NCBI GenBank assembly: GCA_963676835.2
Contig: CAXXFF010000002.1
Location: forward strand, 1,440,001-1,504,000
Length of the DNA stretch: 64,000 nt
Origin: Marispirochaeta sp.
GTDB taxonomy: Bacteria > Spirochaetota > Spirochaetia > JC444 > Marispirochaetaceae
Reading direction: 5' to 3'
Under the pieces are notes generated by a model. That model searched no databases. It saw only the letters and a list, made by a program, of their open reading frames with translations, and was not told where the DNA came from. A program made the position numbers and the translations under genes. Below are positions 30,768 through 39,928 of this stretch, in pieces (within the stretch, counting starts at the first letter, position 1; each line of letters opens with the position of its first letter).

Positions 30768-33038
30768 ATGAATAGAGAAAAGGCCGAAGGTGCATTTCGT
30801 AACGATGCCGCGGCGAAAGTAACCGGCCGCGCACAGTTTGCGGATGACTATGTCTTTCCCCGCATGGTGCATGGGATCCCGGTGTTTCCGGACCTTCCTC
30901 ATGGCAAAATCATCAGTATTGATACCACTGCCGCTGAGAATGCGCCGGGGGTTATCCAGGTTTTTACCTGGAAGGATATACCGGGGAAGCTCGACTACGG
31001 ACAGATCAACCACGACCTGCCTCTCTTTGCCCATGACAAGATCCGTCATTACGGAGATGTCTATGCTCTGGTTGTCGCTGAGACCCGGGAACAGGCTCTT
31101 GAAGCCTCCCGGCTGGTTACCATCGAGACAGAGCCTCTTGAGCCGGTTTTCTCTACCCGAAACGCCCTTGAAAAAGAGTCTCCTGTCCTCAGGGGAGATA
31201 CAAACTTAATCGAACATCACAAGGTCCGCAGAGGCGACCCCGATGCGGCACTGAAAGACTCTGATCTTGTCCTCAAGCGAAAAGCTGATACAAGCTGGTT
31301 TGAGCATGCCTACCTTGAACCGGAAGGGGCGGTATGTTTTCCCCGGCAGGATGGGGTTCTTGAGATTTACGGCAGTCTGCAGCATCCCGTGAGCACCCGC
31401 CGCTTTATCTGTGCTTATCTGGGCATGCCATTTTCGGATGTTGAAGTGTTCAGTCATCCTGTAGGCGGCAGTTTCGGCGGTAAGGATGACACCGCATCCC
31501 TTGTCTGCGGCCGGGCAGCCCTGGCGGCTAAGCTGATCGGGCGGGCGGTAAAGATTATCTACGACAGAGAGTGGAGCTTTCTGGAAAGCTACAAACGGCC
31601 TGCCTACGAACTCGATTACACCGTCGGCTTTAATAAAGAAGGCGTACTGCAGGGGGTAATCTGCGATATTCTTGCCGATTCCGGACCCTATACCTCCACA
31701 ACTCCATGGTCAACCTGGCGTTCCACGGTGCAGAGCTGCGGGCCCTATCAGGTGGAGAATGTCCGTACCGATGTCCGTGCGGCGGCGACCAATAATCCGC
31801 CCACCGGAGCATTCCGGGGATTCGGATCTCCCCAGGTTAATTTTGTTATCGAATCCATTATGGACGAAGCTGCGGAAGAGTTCGGCCTTTCGCCACTGGA
31901 AATCCGCCGTCGCAATATGCTTACCCAGGGAAGCTCAACCATCAACGGGCAGGTACTCGATACCCACCGGGTCAGTCTTGGAGAAGTTATGGCTGCAGTG
32001 GCTGATGATATAGGCTATGAGGAAAAAATTTCCCGCTGCAGTTACGGCAAACCCGGCGAAAACGGCATGTTGTACGGCATCGGTCTTGCCATCTCCTACC
32101 GCGGTGCCAGTGTCGGTGCGGAAGCGAAGGATTTCTGTTCCTGTGTAATTAACTGTCAGTATGACGGATCGATTCTGCTCGAAACAGGAATTCACGAGAA
32201 CGGTCAGGGGGCTCAGTCGGCCATGATGCTTGTCCTTGCCCGGGAACTGGGAGTCTCTCTTGGAAGAATCCGCTACACCGAAGCCACCACCAGTCAGGTG
32301 CCTGAGGGAGGAACCACTGTTGCCTCCCGGGGAACCCTGATGGGAAGCGCTGCTGTGGTTGATGCAGTCAAGAATCTGAAAAAAGTCATTGGTGAGGTTA
32401 TTGCTCCGGAACTTGGCACTTCAGCGGAAGAGCTTGTTTTTACCGATGACCGTATTTCATCTCCCTCAGCATCCATTACCTGGGAGAAGGCCATGGCGGT
32501 AATGCACAATGCCCGGGTCTATCCCTTTGCCTTCGGCAGCTTCAAAGCGCCGGCGGTTACCTGGCATCATGAAGACGGCACCGGTGAGCCCTACTTTACC
32601 TATGTTTACAGCTGTCAGGCGGTGGAGCTGGAGGTCGACCCGAAACTTGGCAAAGTCAAAGTTCTCAATGTGACTGCTGCCCATGACATAGGCCGGACAG
32701 TAAACAAGGCTATGCTGGAAGGGCAGATCTACGGGGGAATTGTACAGGGCATGGGAATGGCCCTCTATGAAGACCTGAAGGTTGTTGAGGGGAAGCCGAA
32801 GGCTCTCAACTACAATAACTACCGGATTCCCCGAACAGTGGATATCGGCGAGATCAAGGCCCTGATCGTGGAAAACAAGGATCCCACATCTCCCTTCGGC
32901 TGTAAGGGAATAGGTGAGCCTGCGCTGGAGCTGATTTCTCCGGCTCTGAGTAATGCTCTGTACAGAGCAACCGGAAGGAGGGAATATTCCCTGCCGATTC
33001 CGGTAAAAAAACTGCTTGCTCCGGGAGATAATGCATGA
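30768..33038 (+). CDS. Xanthine dehydrogenase-family molybdopterin-binding subunit
   Basis: DAAAKVTG, EHAYLEPE, GGSFGGK, AFRGFG, ENGQG, ASRGT, EGQIYGG, KGIGEP. SD AGGAG precedes ATG 30768. Confidence 0.93.
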   Translation: MNREKAEGAFRNDAAAKVTGRAQFADDYVFPRMVHGIPVFPDLPHGKIISIDTTAAENAPGVIQVFTWKDIPGKLDYGQINHDLPLFAHDKIRHYGDVYALVVAETREQALEASRLVTIETEPLEPVFSTRNALEKESPVLRGDTNLIEHHKVRRGDPDAALKDSDLVLKRKADTSWFEHAYLEPEGAVCFPRQDGVLEIYGSLQHPVSTRRFICAYLGMPFSDVEVFSHPVGGSFGGKDDTASLVCGRAALAAKLIGRAVKIIYDREWSFLESYKRPAYELDYTVGFNKEGVLQGVICDILADSGPYTSTTPWSTWRSTVQSCGPYQVENVRTDVRAAATNNPPTGAFRGFGSPQVNFVIESIMDEAAEEFGLSPLEIRRRNMLTQGSSTINGQVLDTHRVSLGEVMAAVADDIGYEEKISRCSYGKPGENGMLYGIGLAISYRGASVGAEAKDFCSCVINCQYDGSILLETGIHENGQGAQSAMMLVLARELGVSLGRIRYTEATTSQVPEGGTTVASRGTLMGSAAVVDAVKNLKKVIGEVIAPELGTSAEELVFTDDRISSPSASITWEKAMAVMHNARVYPFAFGSFKAPAVTWHHEDGTGEPYFTYVYSCQAVELEVDPKLGKVKVLNVTAAHDIGRTVNKAMLEGQIYGGIVQGMGMALYEDLKVVEGKPKALNYNNYRIPRTVDIGEIKALIVENKDPTSPFGCKGIGEPALELISPALSNALYRATGRREYSLPIPVKKLLAPGDNA

Positions 33039-33502
33039 TTATTGAGGTTAACGGAGTCTCTGTAACCGTGGATGACTCAAAAAAAGATATGACTCTGCTT
33101 AAATTCTTAAGGGAAGAGCTTGCCTTAAAGGGCACAAAAAACGGCTGCGGCATTGGCAGCTGCGGGACCTGCACTGTGCTTGCAGATATGAAAGCAGTCA
33201 GGTCCTGTGTTACGCCCCTTTCCAAATGTGACGGGAAAAAGATCATCACCATTGAGGGAATGGCTCTACCTGATGGAACTCTACACCCTATTCAGCAGGC
33301 ATTTCTTGATGCCGGAGCTATACAATGCGGATTCTGTACGCCCGGAATGGTTCTCAATGCCCAGGCACTGCTGTACAAAAATCCAACTCCCCGCCGGGAG
33401 GAAATCCGGGAAGCCTTTAAGAATGTTCTCTGCCGCTGTACCGGGTATCAGCAGATTGTTGATGCCGTTGAACTTGCGGCAGAGCGGATGAAGCAGCCCT
33501 GA
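33035..33502 (+). CDS. XDH-family 2x[2Fe-2S] subunit
   Basis: GCGIGSCGTCTV, QCGFCTPG, LCRCTGY. Confidence 0.95.
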   Translation: MIIEVNGVSVTVDDSKKDMTLLKFLREELALKGTKNGCGIGSCGTCTVLADMKAVRSCVTPLSKCDGKKIITIEGMALPDGTLHPIQQAFLDAGAIQCGFCTPGMVLNAQALLYKNPTPRREEIREAFKNVLCRCTGYQQIVDAVELAAERMKQP

Positions 33503-33507
33503 TATCT

Positions 33508-33981
33508 ATGGCAATCACCATAGTTACCGGGGAAATTGACTCAGGCAAAACTGCCTGGATGCAATCCCGGGCGGAGGCAGAGGGGCGTGTGTCCTGGCTC
33601 TCTGTTAAGGTATTTGCCGAATATGAATTCATCGGCTACGATCTGCACATGACTCCCACCGGTGGCACCATTCCCCTGGCAAGGGCGGACTCCGCCGGCG
33701 GGGCTCCTTCCGACTGGTTCCGGTTCCGCCGCTTCTGGTTTAATCCGGAGGCCTTTACCGGAGCCCAATATTTCTTTAACCGGCAATCTGCAGCAGACAG
33801 CACCTTCATCCTTGATGAAGTGGGCCCGCTGGAAATGGAGGGTAAAGGATTCGCACCTCTCCTGGAAAAGCTTCTAAAAAGCGGTGCTTCACTGATGTTG
33901 AGTGTCCGGCCTTCACTGGTAGAAGAGGCTCAGCGGAGATTTTCTTTTGAAGCCCATGAGATAGTGCGGCTGCCCTTATAA
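33508..33981 (+). CDS. P-loop NTPase (THEP1/DUF2478-like)
   Basis: TGEIDSGKT, ILDEVGPLE. Confidence 0.75.
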   Translation: MAITIVTGEIDSGKTAWMQSRAEAEGRVSWLSVKVFAEYEFIGYDLHMTPTGGTIPLARADSAGGAPSDWFRFRRFWFNPEAFTGAQYFFNRQSAADSTFILDEVGPLEMEGKGFAPLLEKLLKSGASLMLSVRPSLVEEAQRRFSFEAHEIVRLPL

Positions 33982-34554
33982 CATCTGCTCCAGCCTTGCC
34001 AGATCTTCAGGAGTATCTGCATCGAGATAGATCCCGGGATCATCTACATCGACCGTTTCAGGCTTCAGGGGGGCTATAATCTCCATCGCCTTGCGTCCGG
34101 GGTCTCCGGCGGCAATCATGCCCCGGGCTTCCTCATTGAGACGGACCGGATGCCCCCGTCTGCCGGAGCATACCGGGTAGGCGGGTGTCTCGGTATTTCC
34201 GCTAAATGCCATTTTGCGCCAGGTATCGGGCTGCAGCAGTGCCAGGTCTCCCAGGCTGACAAGTACTATACCGGGATCGGCTGCCAGCAGACCTGTCTGG
34301 AGTGAGCTGAGTCTCCCCTGCTCGTAGTTACTGTTGGTAATCAGACGTATCCTGCTGTCTCCGGGAAGAATCCCTTCAAGGGGAACTGCTCCCTGAACAA
34401 CAATAAGCCGGTCCAGTACTTTCAGGGCTGAACGGACAGAATGGAGTATCAGGGGGATGCCGTGAAGGGTGATGAGCTGTTTGGGAGTCCCCATACGTCT
34501 GGATGTCCCTGCGGCAAGTATCATTCCCTGAAGTACGGCCCGTTCTTTATTCAT
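33976..34554 (-). CDS. mocA: Molybdenum cofactor cytidylyltransferase (MocA-like)
   Basis: LAAGTSRRMGTPKQL, G-x-x-SSL-x-x-G, RGHPV, DADTPED. Adjacent to an XDH-family enzyme, which uses MCD. Confidence 0.8.
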   Translation of the reverse strand: MNKERAVLQGMILAAGTSRRMGTPKQLITLHGIPLILHSVRSALKVLDRLIVVQGAVPLEGILPGDSRIRLITNSNYEQGRLSSLQTGLLAADPGIVLVSLGDLALLQPDTWRKMAFSGNTETPAYPVCSGRRGHPVRLNEEARGMIAAGDPGRKAMEIIAPLKPETVDVDDPGIYLDADTPEDLARLEQML

Positions 34555-34678
34555 ATGTCAATAATACCTCTGTACATTCAAAAACTGCAAGCCGACGGGA
34601 AAAGGCGGATTCAGTTGACTCCACGGATCGGTGGCCGTACTATGAGAACAGCTTTTAATCAAAAGGATGGTCCTGTTC

Positions 34679-35755
34679 ATGAAACTACTTTTGAAAAACA
34701 TATTTCTATTTCTGGTTCTTACAGGAATGGCATTTTCTCTGAGCGCCGAAGCCGCTGAGGAGGTGCAGTCGACCTATACCGTTACCGATGCCCTGGGCCG
34801 GGAGGTCTCTTTTCCTGAAGTTCCCTCCCGTATGGTGCTCACCGGAAAAGCGGTGATTATGCTGGTGGATGCCCTGTACCTTTTTCCCGATGTAAGCGAC
34901 AGGGTCGTCGCTGTGGGAGTTACCGATCAGGGACTGGGTGACTTCTTCAAGGTTCTTGATCCAGATGCAGAGGCAAAGGTCAGGCTGGGTAAGACAACCG
35001 GACCGGAAGAGGTTCTTGCCCAGAATCCGGACTGTGTACTGCTGAAATCCTATCTGCGAGATTCCCTCGGCAAGCCCCTGGAGACGGCAGGAGTTCCGGT
35101 TATCTATCTCGATCTGGAAACCCCCGAACAGTATGAACGGGACCTGCGCATTATCGGCGATCTCCTTAATCAGGCAGACCGGGCGGAAGAGGTAATCGGA
35201 TTATACCAGGATAGAGTAGAAAACCTGCGGCAGGTTGTATCCTGCATTGCCCACCCGTACTCGCTGCTTCTGAATGTCGGAACCCAGGGAGGTGATACGG
35301 TGTTCAGTGTTCCTCCTAAAGGCTGGATTCAAGGAGATCAGGTGGAACTCGCCGGGGGCATCCCTGTCTGGTATGACGAAGCCCTCAGTCCGGGATGGAA
35401 CAAGGTAAGTTTTGAGCAGATAGCCGCATGGAATCCCCAGTCCATTGTGCTCCTCTCTTACCGGGGGAGTACTGCCAATGTCGTTGAAATGATGGAAAGC
35501 GATGCTCTCTGGCAGGATATTCAGGCGGTTAAGGATGGGCGCATCTTCTCCATGCCTGCAGATTTCTACAGCTGGGGGCAGCCGGACAGCCGCTGGATTC
35601 TCGGTGCAGAGTGGATAGCCACAGCGTTTCGGGGCGGAGATTTCGGCAATGGATTTGTCCGGAATATCTACAGCTTCTTTGAAGATTTTTACGGAATGTC
35701 TGCAGAAAAGGTAGATAGGGATATTCTTCCCCTGCTTCCGGATCCGCTTTTTTGA
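34679..35755 (+). CDS. Fe-siderophore/cobalamin-type ABC substrate-binding protein
   Basis: Signal peptide, VTDALGREV...P.R, EEVLAQNPD, AVKDGRIF. Confidence 0.88.
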   Translation: MKLLLKNIFLFLVLTGMAFSLSAEAAEEVQSTYTVTDALGREVSFPEVPSRMVLTGKAVIMLVDALYLFPDVSDRVVAVGVTDQGLGDFFKVLDPDAEAKVRLGKTTGPEEVLAQNPDCVLLKSYLRDSLGKPLETAGVPVIYLDLETPEQYERDLRIIGDLLNQADRAEEVIGLYQDRVENLRQVVSCIAHPYSLLLNVGTQGGDTVFSVPPKGWIQGDQVELAGGIPVWYDEALSPGWNKVSFEQIAAWNPQSIVLLSYRGSTANVVEMMESDALWQDIQAVKDGRIFSMPADFYSWGQPDSRWILGAEWIATAFRGGDFGNGFVRNIYSFFEDFYGMSAEKVDRDILPLLPDPLF

Positions 35756-36750
35756 TATCAAAAAGGCTGCAGCGGAGAAGGCTGATAATCCTCGGCCTTC
35801 TCTGTGGCGGGGTACTTGTTTTCTCCATGCTTCTGGGGAGGTATCCTGAACCCGGGATAATCTCTATCCGGAAGCTCTTTGAGGAGAATCTTGCCCTGCG
35901 TATTTTTCTCCGCCTGCGCATTCCCCGGGTCCTTGCCGGCGCCCTTCTGGGGGCTGGTCTGGCCATGGGGGGCGCTGCGTTTCAGATGCTTTTCCGTAAC
36001 CCTCTGGTTGAGCCGGGCTTTCTCGGAGTTACCCAGGGTGCTGGCTTCGGTGCTGCCCTTGCCATCCTGCTTCTCCCGGGAGTTCCCGGGGCGGTTCAGA
36101 TTTCGGCGGTTGCCTTTTCCCTTCTTGGTCTTACCTTGAGCTATCGGGTTGCCAGCAGGCTTCCCTTCGGCGGCTGGATTATCCGCATGGTTATTTCCGG
36201 GCTCACCGTATCTGCCCTGTTTACCGCAGCAATCGGGGTTATCAAGTATATGGCCGACCCCCTTTCCCAGCTTCAGGAGATGACCTTCTGGATGATGGGG
36301 GGACTTGATGGGGTAACCTGGTCAAGGGTTATCGCCATGATTACCACCTCACTACCGGGGATGATTCTTATACTCTTTTTTCGCTGGAGGATTAATATCC
36401 TGAGTCTGGATGATCTTACGTCCTACTCCATTGGCGCTAATCCCTCCAGGGAAAGACTCCTTCTGCTTACCGCAGCTTCAATTGTTACCGCCGGTGTCAC
36501 CGCTGTAGCCGGCATCATCGGCTGGGTGGGACTGCTGGTTCCCCATATCGCCCGCCGCCTGGTAGGTCCGGAAGCAGCTGTTTCCATACCCGCCTCGGCG
36601 ATGATCGGGGCTATAATGGTTCTTGTATGCGACGATTTTGCCCGCACTCTGATGGTATTTGAAATTCCCCTGGGAATTCTTACCTCTCTTTCGGGAGCCG
36701 GAATGTTTCTTGCCCTGCTCGCCTTTGGTAAAGTGAGGTTCCACCGATGA
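35752..36750 (+). CDS. FecCD-family permease
   Basis: LRIPRVL, FRNPLVEP, IGWVGLLVPHIAR, EIPLGI. Confidence 0.92.
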   Translation: MISKRLQRRRLIILGLLCGGVLVFSMLLGRYPEPGIISIRKLFEENLALRIFLRLRIPRVLAGALLGAGLAMGGAAFQMLFRNPLVEPGFLGVTQGAGFGAALAILLLPGVPGAVQISAVAFSLLGLTLSYRVASRLPFGGWIIRMVISGLTVSALFTAAIGVIKYMADPLSQLQEMTFWMMGGLDGVTWSRVIAMITTSLPGMILILFFRWRINILSLDDLTSYSIGANPSRERLLLLTAASIVTAGVTAVAGIIGWVGLLVPHIARRLVGPEAAVSIPASAMIGAIMVLVCDDFARTLMVFEIPLGILTSLSGAGMFLALLAFGKVRFHR

Positions 36751-37526
36751 CTGCCGTCGAGATCGATAATCTCGGTTTTGCCTATCCCGGGGAAGCGACA
36801 CTTTTTGACGGGTTTTGTCTGAATATTGCTCAAGGCCGGGTTACCGCACTTTTAGGCCCTAACGGTTGTGGAAAAAGCACCTTGCTGTCTCTGGTTCTTG
36901 GTTATTATCATCCCTCTAAAGGTGAAATCAGGCTTTATGGAAAGCAGTCTTCCGCATATTCACAGAAAGAGCGGGGCAGGCTTACAGGCTTTGTTTCCCA
37001 GGCCGGCAGGCTTCCTTTTAATTATTCTGCCGGGGAGTATATTCTCCTTGGCCGGGGTGCCGGGCTTTCCCTTTGGGAAAAGCCTTCAGGCAAAGATATG
37101 GAACAGGCTAAGGCTGCGGCGGAACGGGCCGGTGCGGCTGATTTACTGAAAAAGAATGTGCAGGAGCTTTCGGCAGGAGAACTGCAGCTGGTTCAGATTG
37201 CCCGGGCCCTTGCCCAGGAGCCCCGACTGCTGCTTCTGGATGAGCCGACCAGTCATCTCGATCCATCTAATGCACTGAGTATATTCAGACTGATACGGCA
37301 GCTGGCCTCTGACGGGGTAACGGTTCTCTATTCTACCCACGATCCGCTGCATGCCCTGCAGGCAGCAGATGATGCCTGCCTGATGAAAGAGGGAAAAGTG
37401 CTTGCAGACGGACCTGCCAAAGAAGTGCTGACTGCTTCCAATTTGAATACCCTCTATGGGGTGGAATTTCAGGAAGCAGAGTACCGGGGCCATCTCCTGC
37501 CCTTTGCTGGATTCAGGGAACCATAA
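36747..37526 (+). CDS. ABC transporter ATP-binding protein
   Basis: GPNGCGKST, LSAGE, LLLDEPTSHLD, STHD. Confidence 0.93.
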   Translation: MTAVEIDNLGFAYPGEATLFDGFCLNIAQGRVTALLGPNGCGKSTLLSLVLGYYHPSKGEIRLYGKQSSAYSQKERGRLTGFVSQAGRLPFNYSAGEYILLGRGAGLSLWEKPSGKDMEQAKAAAERAGAADLLKKNVQELSAGELQLVQIARALAQEPRLLLLDEPTSHLDPSNALSIFRLIRQLASDGVTVLYSTHDPLHALQAADDACLMKEGKVLADGPAKEVLTASNLNTLYGVEFQEAEYRGHLLPFAGFREP

Positions 37527-38454
37527 TAGTTCCGGCTTTTCCTTCTATTGCCTCTGCCAGATGTTCCGGGTTGGTAATTACCCCGGGCTTTCCGGTGGCG
37601 CTAACAAACTCAATCATGGCTTCGATCTTCGGCAGCATGCTTCCTTTGGCGAACTGGCCTTCATCGATATATTTACGGGCTTCCGCAAGGGTAATGGTAT
37701 CGAGAGAACGGCGTTCCGGGCGGGTGTAATCAAGATAGACATGGTCTACGGCGGTGGAAATAATAAACTCATCGGCACCGATGCTTCTGGCAAGAAGGCT
37801 TGCTGCAAGGTCCTTGTCGATTACCGCCTCCACTCCCATGTAGTGATCCTGATGATCCTGAATAACCGGGATTCCTCCTCCACCAGCTGCAATGGTTATG
37901 GTTCCACTGTCAATGAGACTGCGGATTACATCAAGCTCCAGAATTTCCAGCGGACGGGGAGAGGGGACCACACGACGCCAGCCCCGGTCTGCGTCTTCCA
38001 TTACCGACCAGCCGTCCTTCTGCATATGCAGCTTCGCTTCCGCTTCAGACATAAAGGAGCCGATGGGCTTTGACGGATCCCTGAAGGAGGGATCATCCTT
38101 GTCCACCATTACCTCGGTAACCACTGTTGCAACATTGCGGGTCTGGTGCAGTCCTCCCAGAACATTGCGGATAGCGGTTTGAATGTTGTAGCCCAGGGCT
38201 CCCTGGGTATCAGCGACACAGCTGTCCAGGGGAACCATATGCAGTTCCTTTTTGGCAAGCTCAGCCCGGCGCAGAATAAATCCCACCTGTGGGCCGTTGC
38301 CGTGAACGATGGCAATTTTATGGCTGGAGGTAAGAAGGGAACCCATATTCTTTGCGGTAAGGTAGGCTGCTTCGTACTGGGCCGGGACGGTTACGTGGGT
38401 GGAGTCGGTTATAAACGAGTTACCACCCAGGGCGATTACTACGGTTTTACTCAC
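37513..38454 (-). CDS. arcC: Carbamate kinase
   Basis: IALGGN, HGNGPQVG, KPIG, RRVVPSP, EAVIDKD, GSMLPKIEA. GTG start at 38454. Confidence 0.95.
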   Translation of the reverse strand: MSKTVVIALGGNSFITDSTHVTVPAQYEAAYLTAKNMGSLLTSSHKIAIVHGNGPQVGFILRRAELAKKELHMVPLDSCVADTQGALGYNIQTAIRNVLGGLHQTRNVATVVTEVMVDKDDPSFRDPSKPIGSFMSEAEAKLHMQKDGWSVMEDADRGWRRVVPSPRPLEILELDVIRSLIDSGTITIAAGGGGIPVIQDHQDHYMGVEAVIDKDLAASLLARSIGADEFIISTAVDHVYLDYTRPERRSLDTITLAEARKYIDEGQFAKGSMLPKIEAMIEFVSATGKPGVITNPEHLAEAIEGKAGTIMVP

Positions 38455-38589
38455 CTTTTCAATGTAAACCCTAAACAGCGGTTTTGGAAAGAAAAAGATA
38501 GTATTGACCACGTAAATGACAGCAGCGTTGCCGTATCCGGTTTGCAGGGGTATATTGAACGCTCAGTCGAAATCTAAGGAACCAATTGT

Positions 38590-39168
38590 ATGCTGTTCGA
38601 CAAGGTGTTGGAGTTTTTAGCAGACTGGCTGTCCCGCAGCGGGGATCATACCTTCTGGTCTTGGGTAATAACCATCATGTATTTTATTACTGCTGTTATG
38701 GCATTTGTCTATCTAAGGAAGATCAGGTTAAGTCAGATTCCGGATGACAGGCAGAAGCTTTTTCTCTGGACGGGGATTTTCATTTTTCTTCTGCTCATGG
38801 GCATTAATAAACAGCTGGATATTCAGACTCTCATATTGATGAGCATGCGCTATGTTATGTGGCGATTCCGGCTTTGGCATTACTGGAGAACCTTTCATTT
38901 TCTGATGTTCTACGGCCTCGGGTCACTGTTTCTGATATCCGGGATTCTGATGACAGTAAAATCGGGGAAAGCCATGCTCAAGAGCCTGGCCGCTGTAGCC
39001 GGTGTTCTGGTGGTAATGCTGTTTGTATTTATGCGGGCAAACTATATTTTTATGCAGCATATTCATGCCCTTGAGCTTGCCGGCATCGGGCTGATTTTTA
39101 TCGATCTGGTAATTAAAATGATCTTTGAGCGCCGCAGGAACAGCAGCCCGGTACAGGAAAAAATATAA
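38590..39168 (+). CDS. Hypothetical membrane protein
   Basis: About five TM segments, GINKQLDIQT. Confidence 0.7.
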   Translation: MLFDKVLEFLADWLSRSGDHTFWSWVITIMYFITAVMAFVYLRKIRLSQIPDDRQKLFLWTGIFIFLLLMGINKQLDIQTLILMSMRYVMWRFRLWHYWRTFHFLMFYGLGSLFLISGILMTVKSGKAMLKSLAAVAGVLVVMLFVFMRANYIFMQHIHALELAGIGLIFIDLVIKMIFERRRNSSPVQEKI

Positions 39169-39216
39169 CAATACGCGGCCTCCTGGTTGACAGGAGACCG
39201 GTTGATTTTTCAGGTA

Positions 39217-39867
39217 TCAGTTAAAATAGATGGTGAGACCTATTCTGGGACTGATAAGGTATATATCAGTATCAATTGTATTATCTTCCCCAGTTATTGA
39301 GCCTGATGTATAGTCATAATCCACTTCTGTCACATAACGGTATATAAGGCCCGTTTCCATGCTGAGTGCAACGGAAGAATTAAACATATATTGCAGACCT
39401 AAAAGTGCCTCAGCATTAATATATTTGTATTCTCTCTTATCCGTTATGGTTTCAGTGCTATCGTAATCTTCACTCTTACGATCCGTATACCCGAAACCTG
39501 GGCCGGTATAAAGGGTTAGCCCAGGTCCAAGATCAATGAAGTATAATGCATCAATTGAGGCACCCAGGAAAAACTCCTCTTCAGACTTGTATTCGGGACC
39601 GCTTCCATATACGTCTTCTTCATTCGTTGAGTGAAAACTGAATGTAACACCTGGCCGGACAGCGATATTGGGTGTTACATGTACGATCGCACCTGTTCGA
39701 TAGATGTTCTCGAAGGTTAGGATAGATTCTCCTGCAAAAACAAAATTCTGAACAAAAAGCCCTGTTTTGTATGGAGTGATTGCTGAATCCTCTTCAGCTG
39801 AAAGTGAAGAAATAGAGATAATGAGAGTGATACAGACTAGTAGAAAGATGTGTGTTGCTTTTTTCAT
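39217..39867 (-). CDS. Outer-membrane beta-barrel protein
   Basis: Signal peptide, amphipathic strands, C-terminal IGLTIYFN. Confidence 0.72.
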   Translation of the reverse strand: MKKATHIFLLVCITLIISISSLSAEEDSAITPYKTGLFVQNFVFAGESILTFENIYRTGAIVHVTPNIAVRPGVTFSFHSTNEEDVYGSGPEYKSEEEFFLGASIDALYFIDLGPGLTLYTGPGFGYTDRKSEDYDSTETITDKREYKYINAEALLGLQYMFNSSVALSMETGLIYRYVTEVDYDYTSGSITGEDNTIDTDIYLISPRIGLTIYFN

Positions 39868-39928
39868 TGGTTGCTCCTTTTTAAATTATATTGATTATCA
39901 TTATACCACTTTTTCTGTAGATTTCAGT

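Noticed and set aside
34555..34678. Cobalamin riboswitch before the ABC transporter
   Set aside because: The intergenic region is short and filled by two promoters, with no B12 box.
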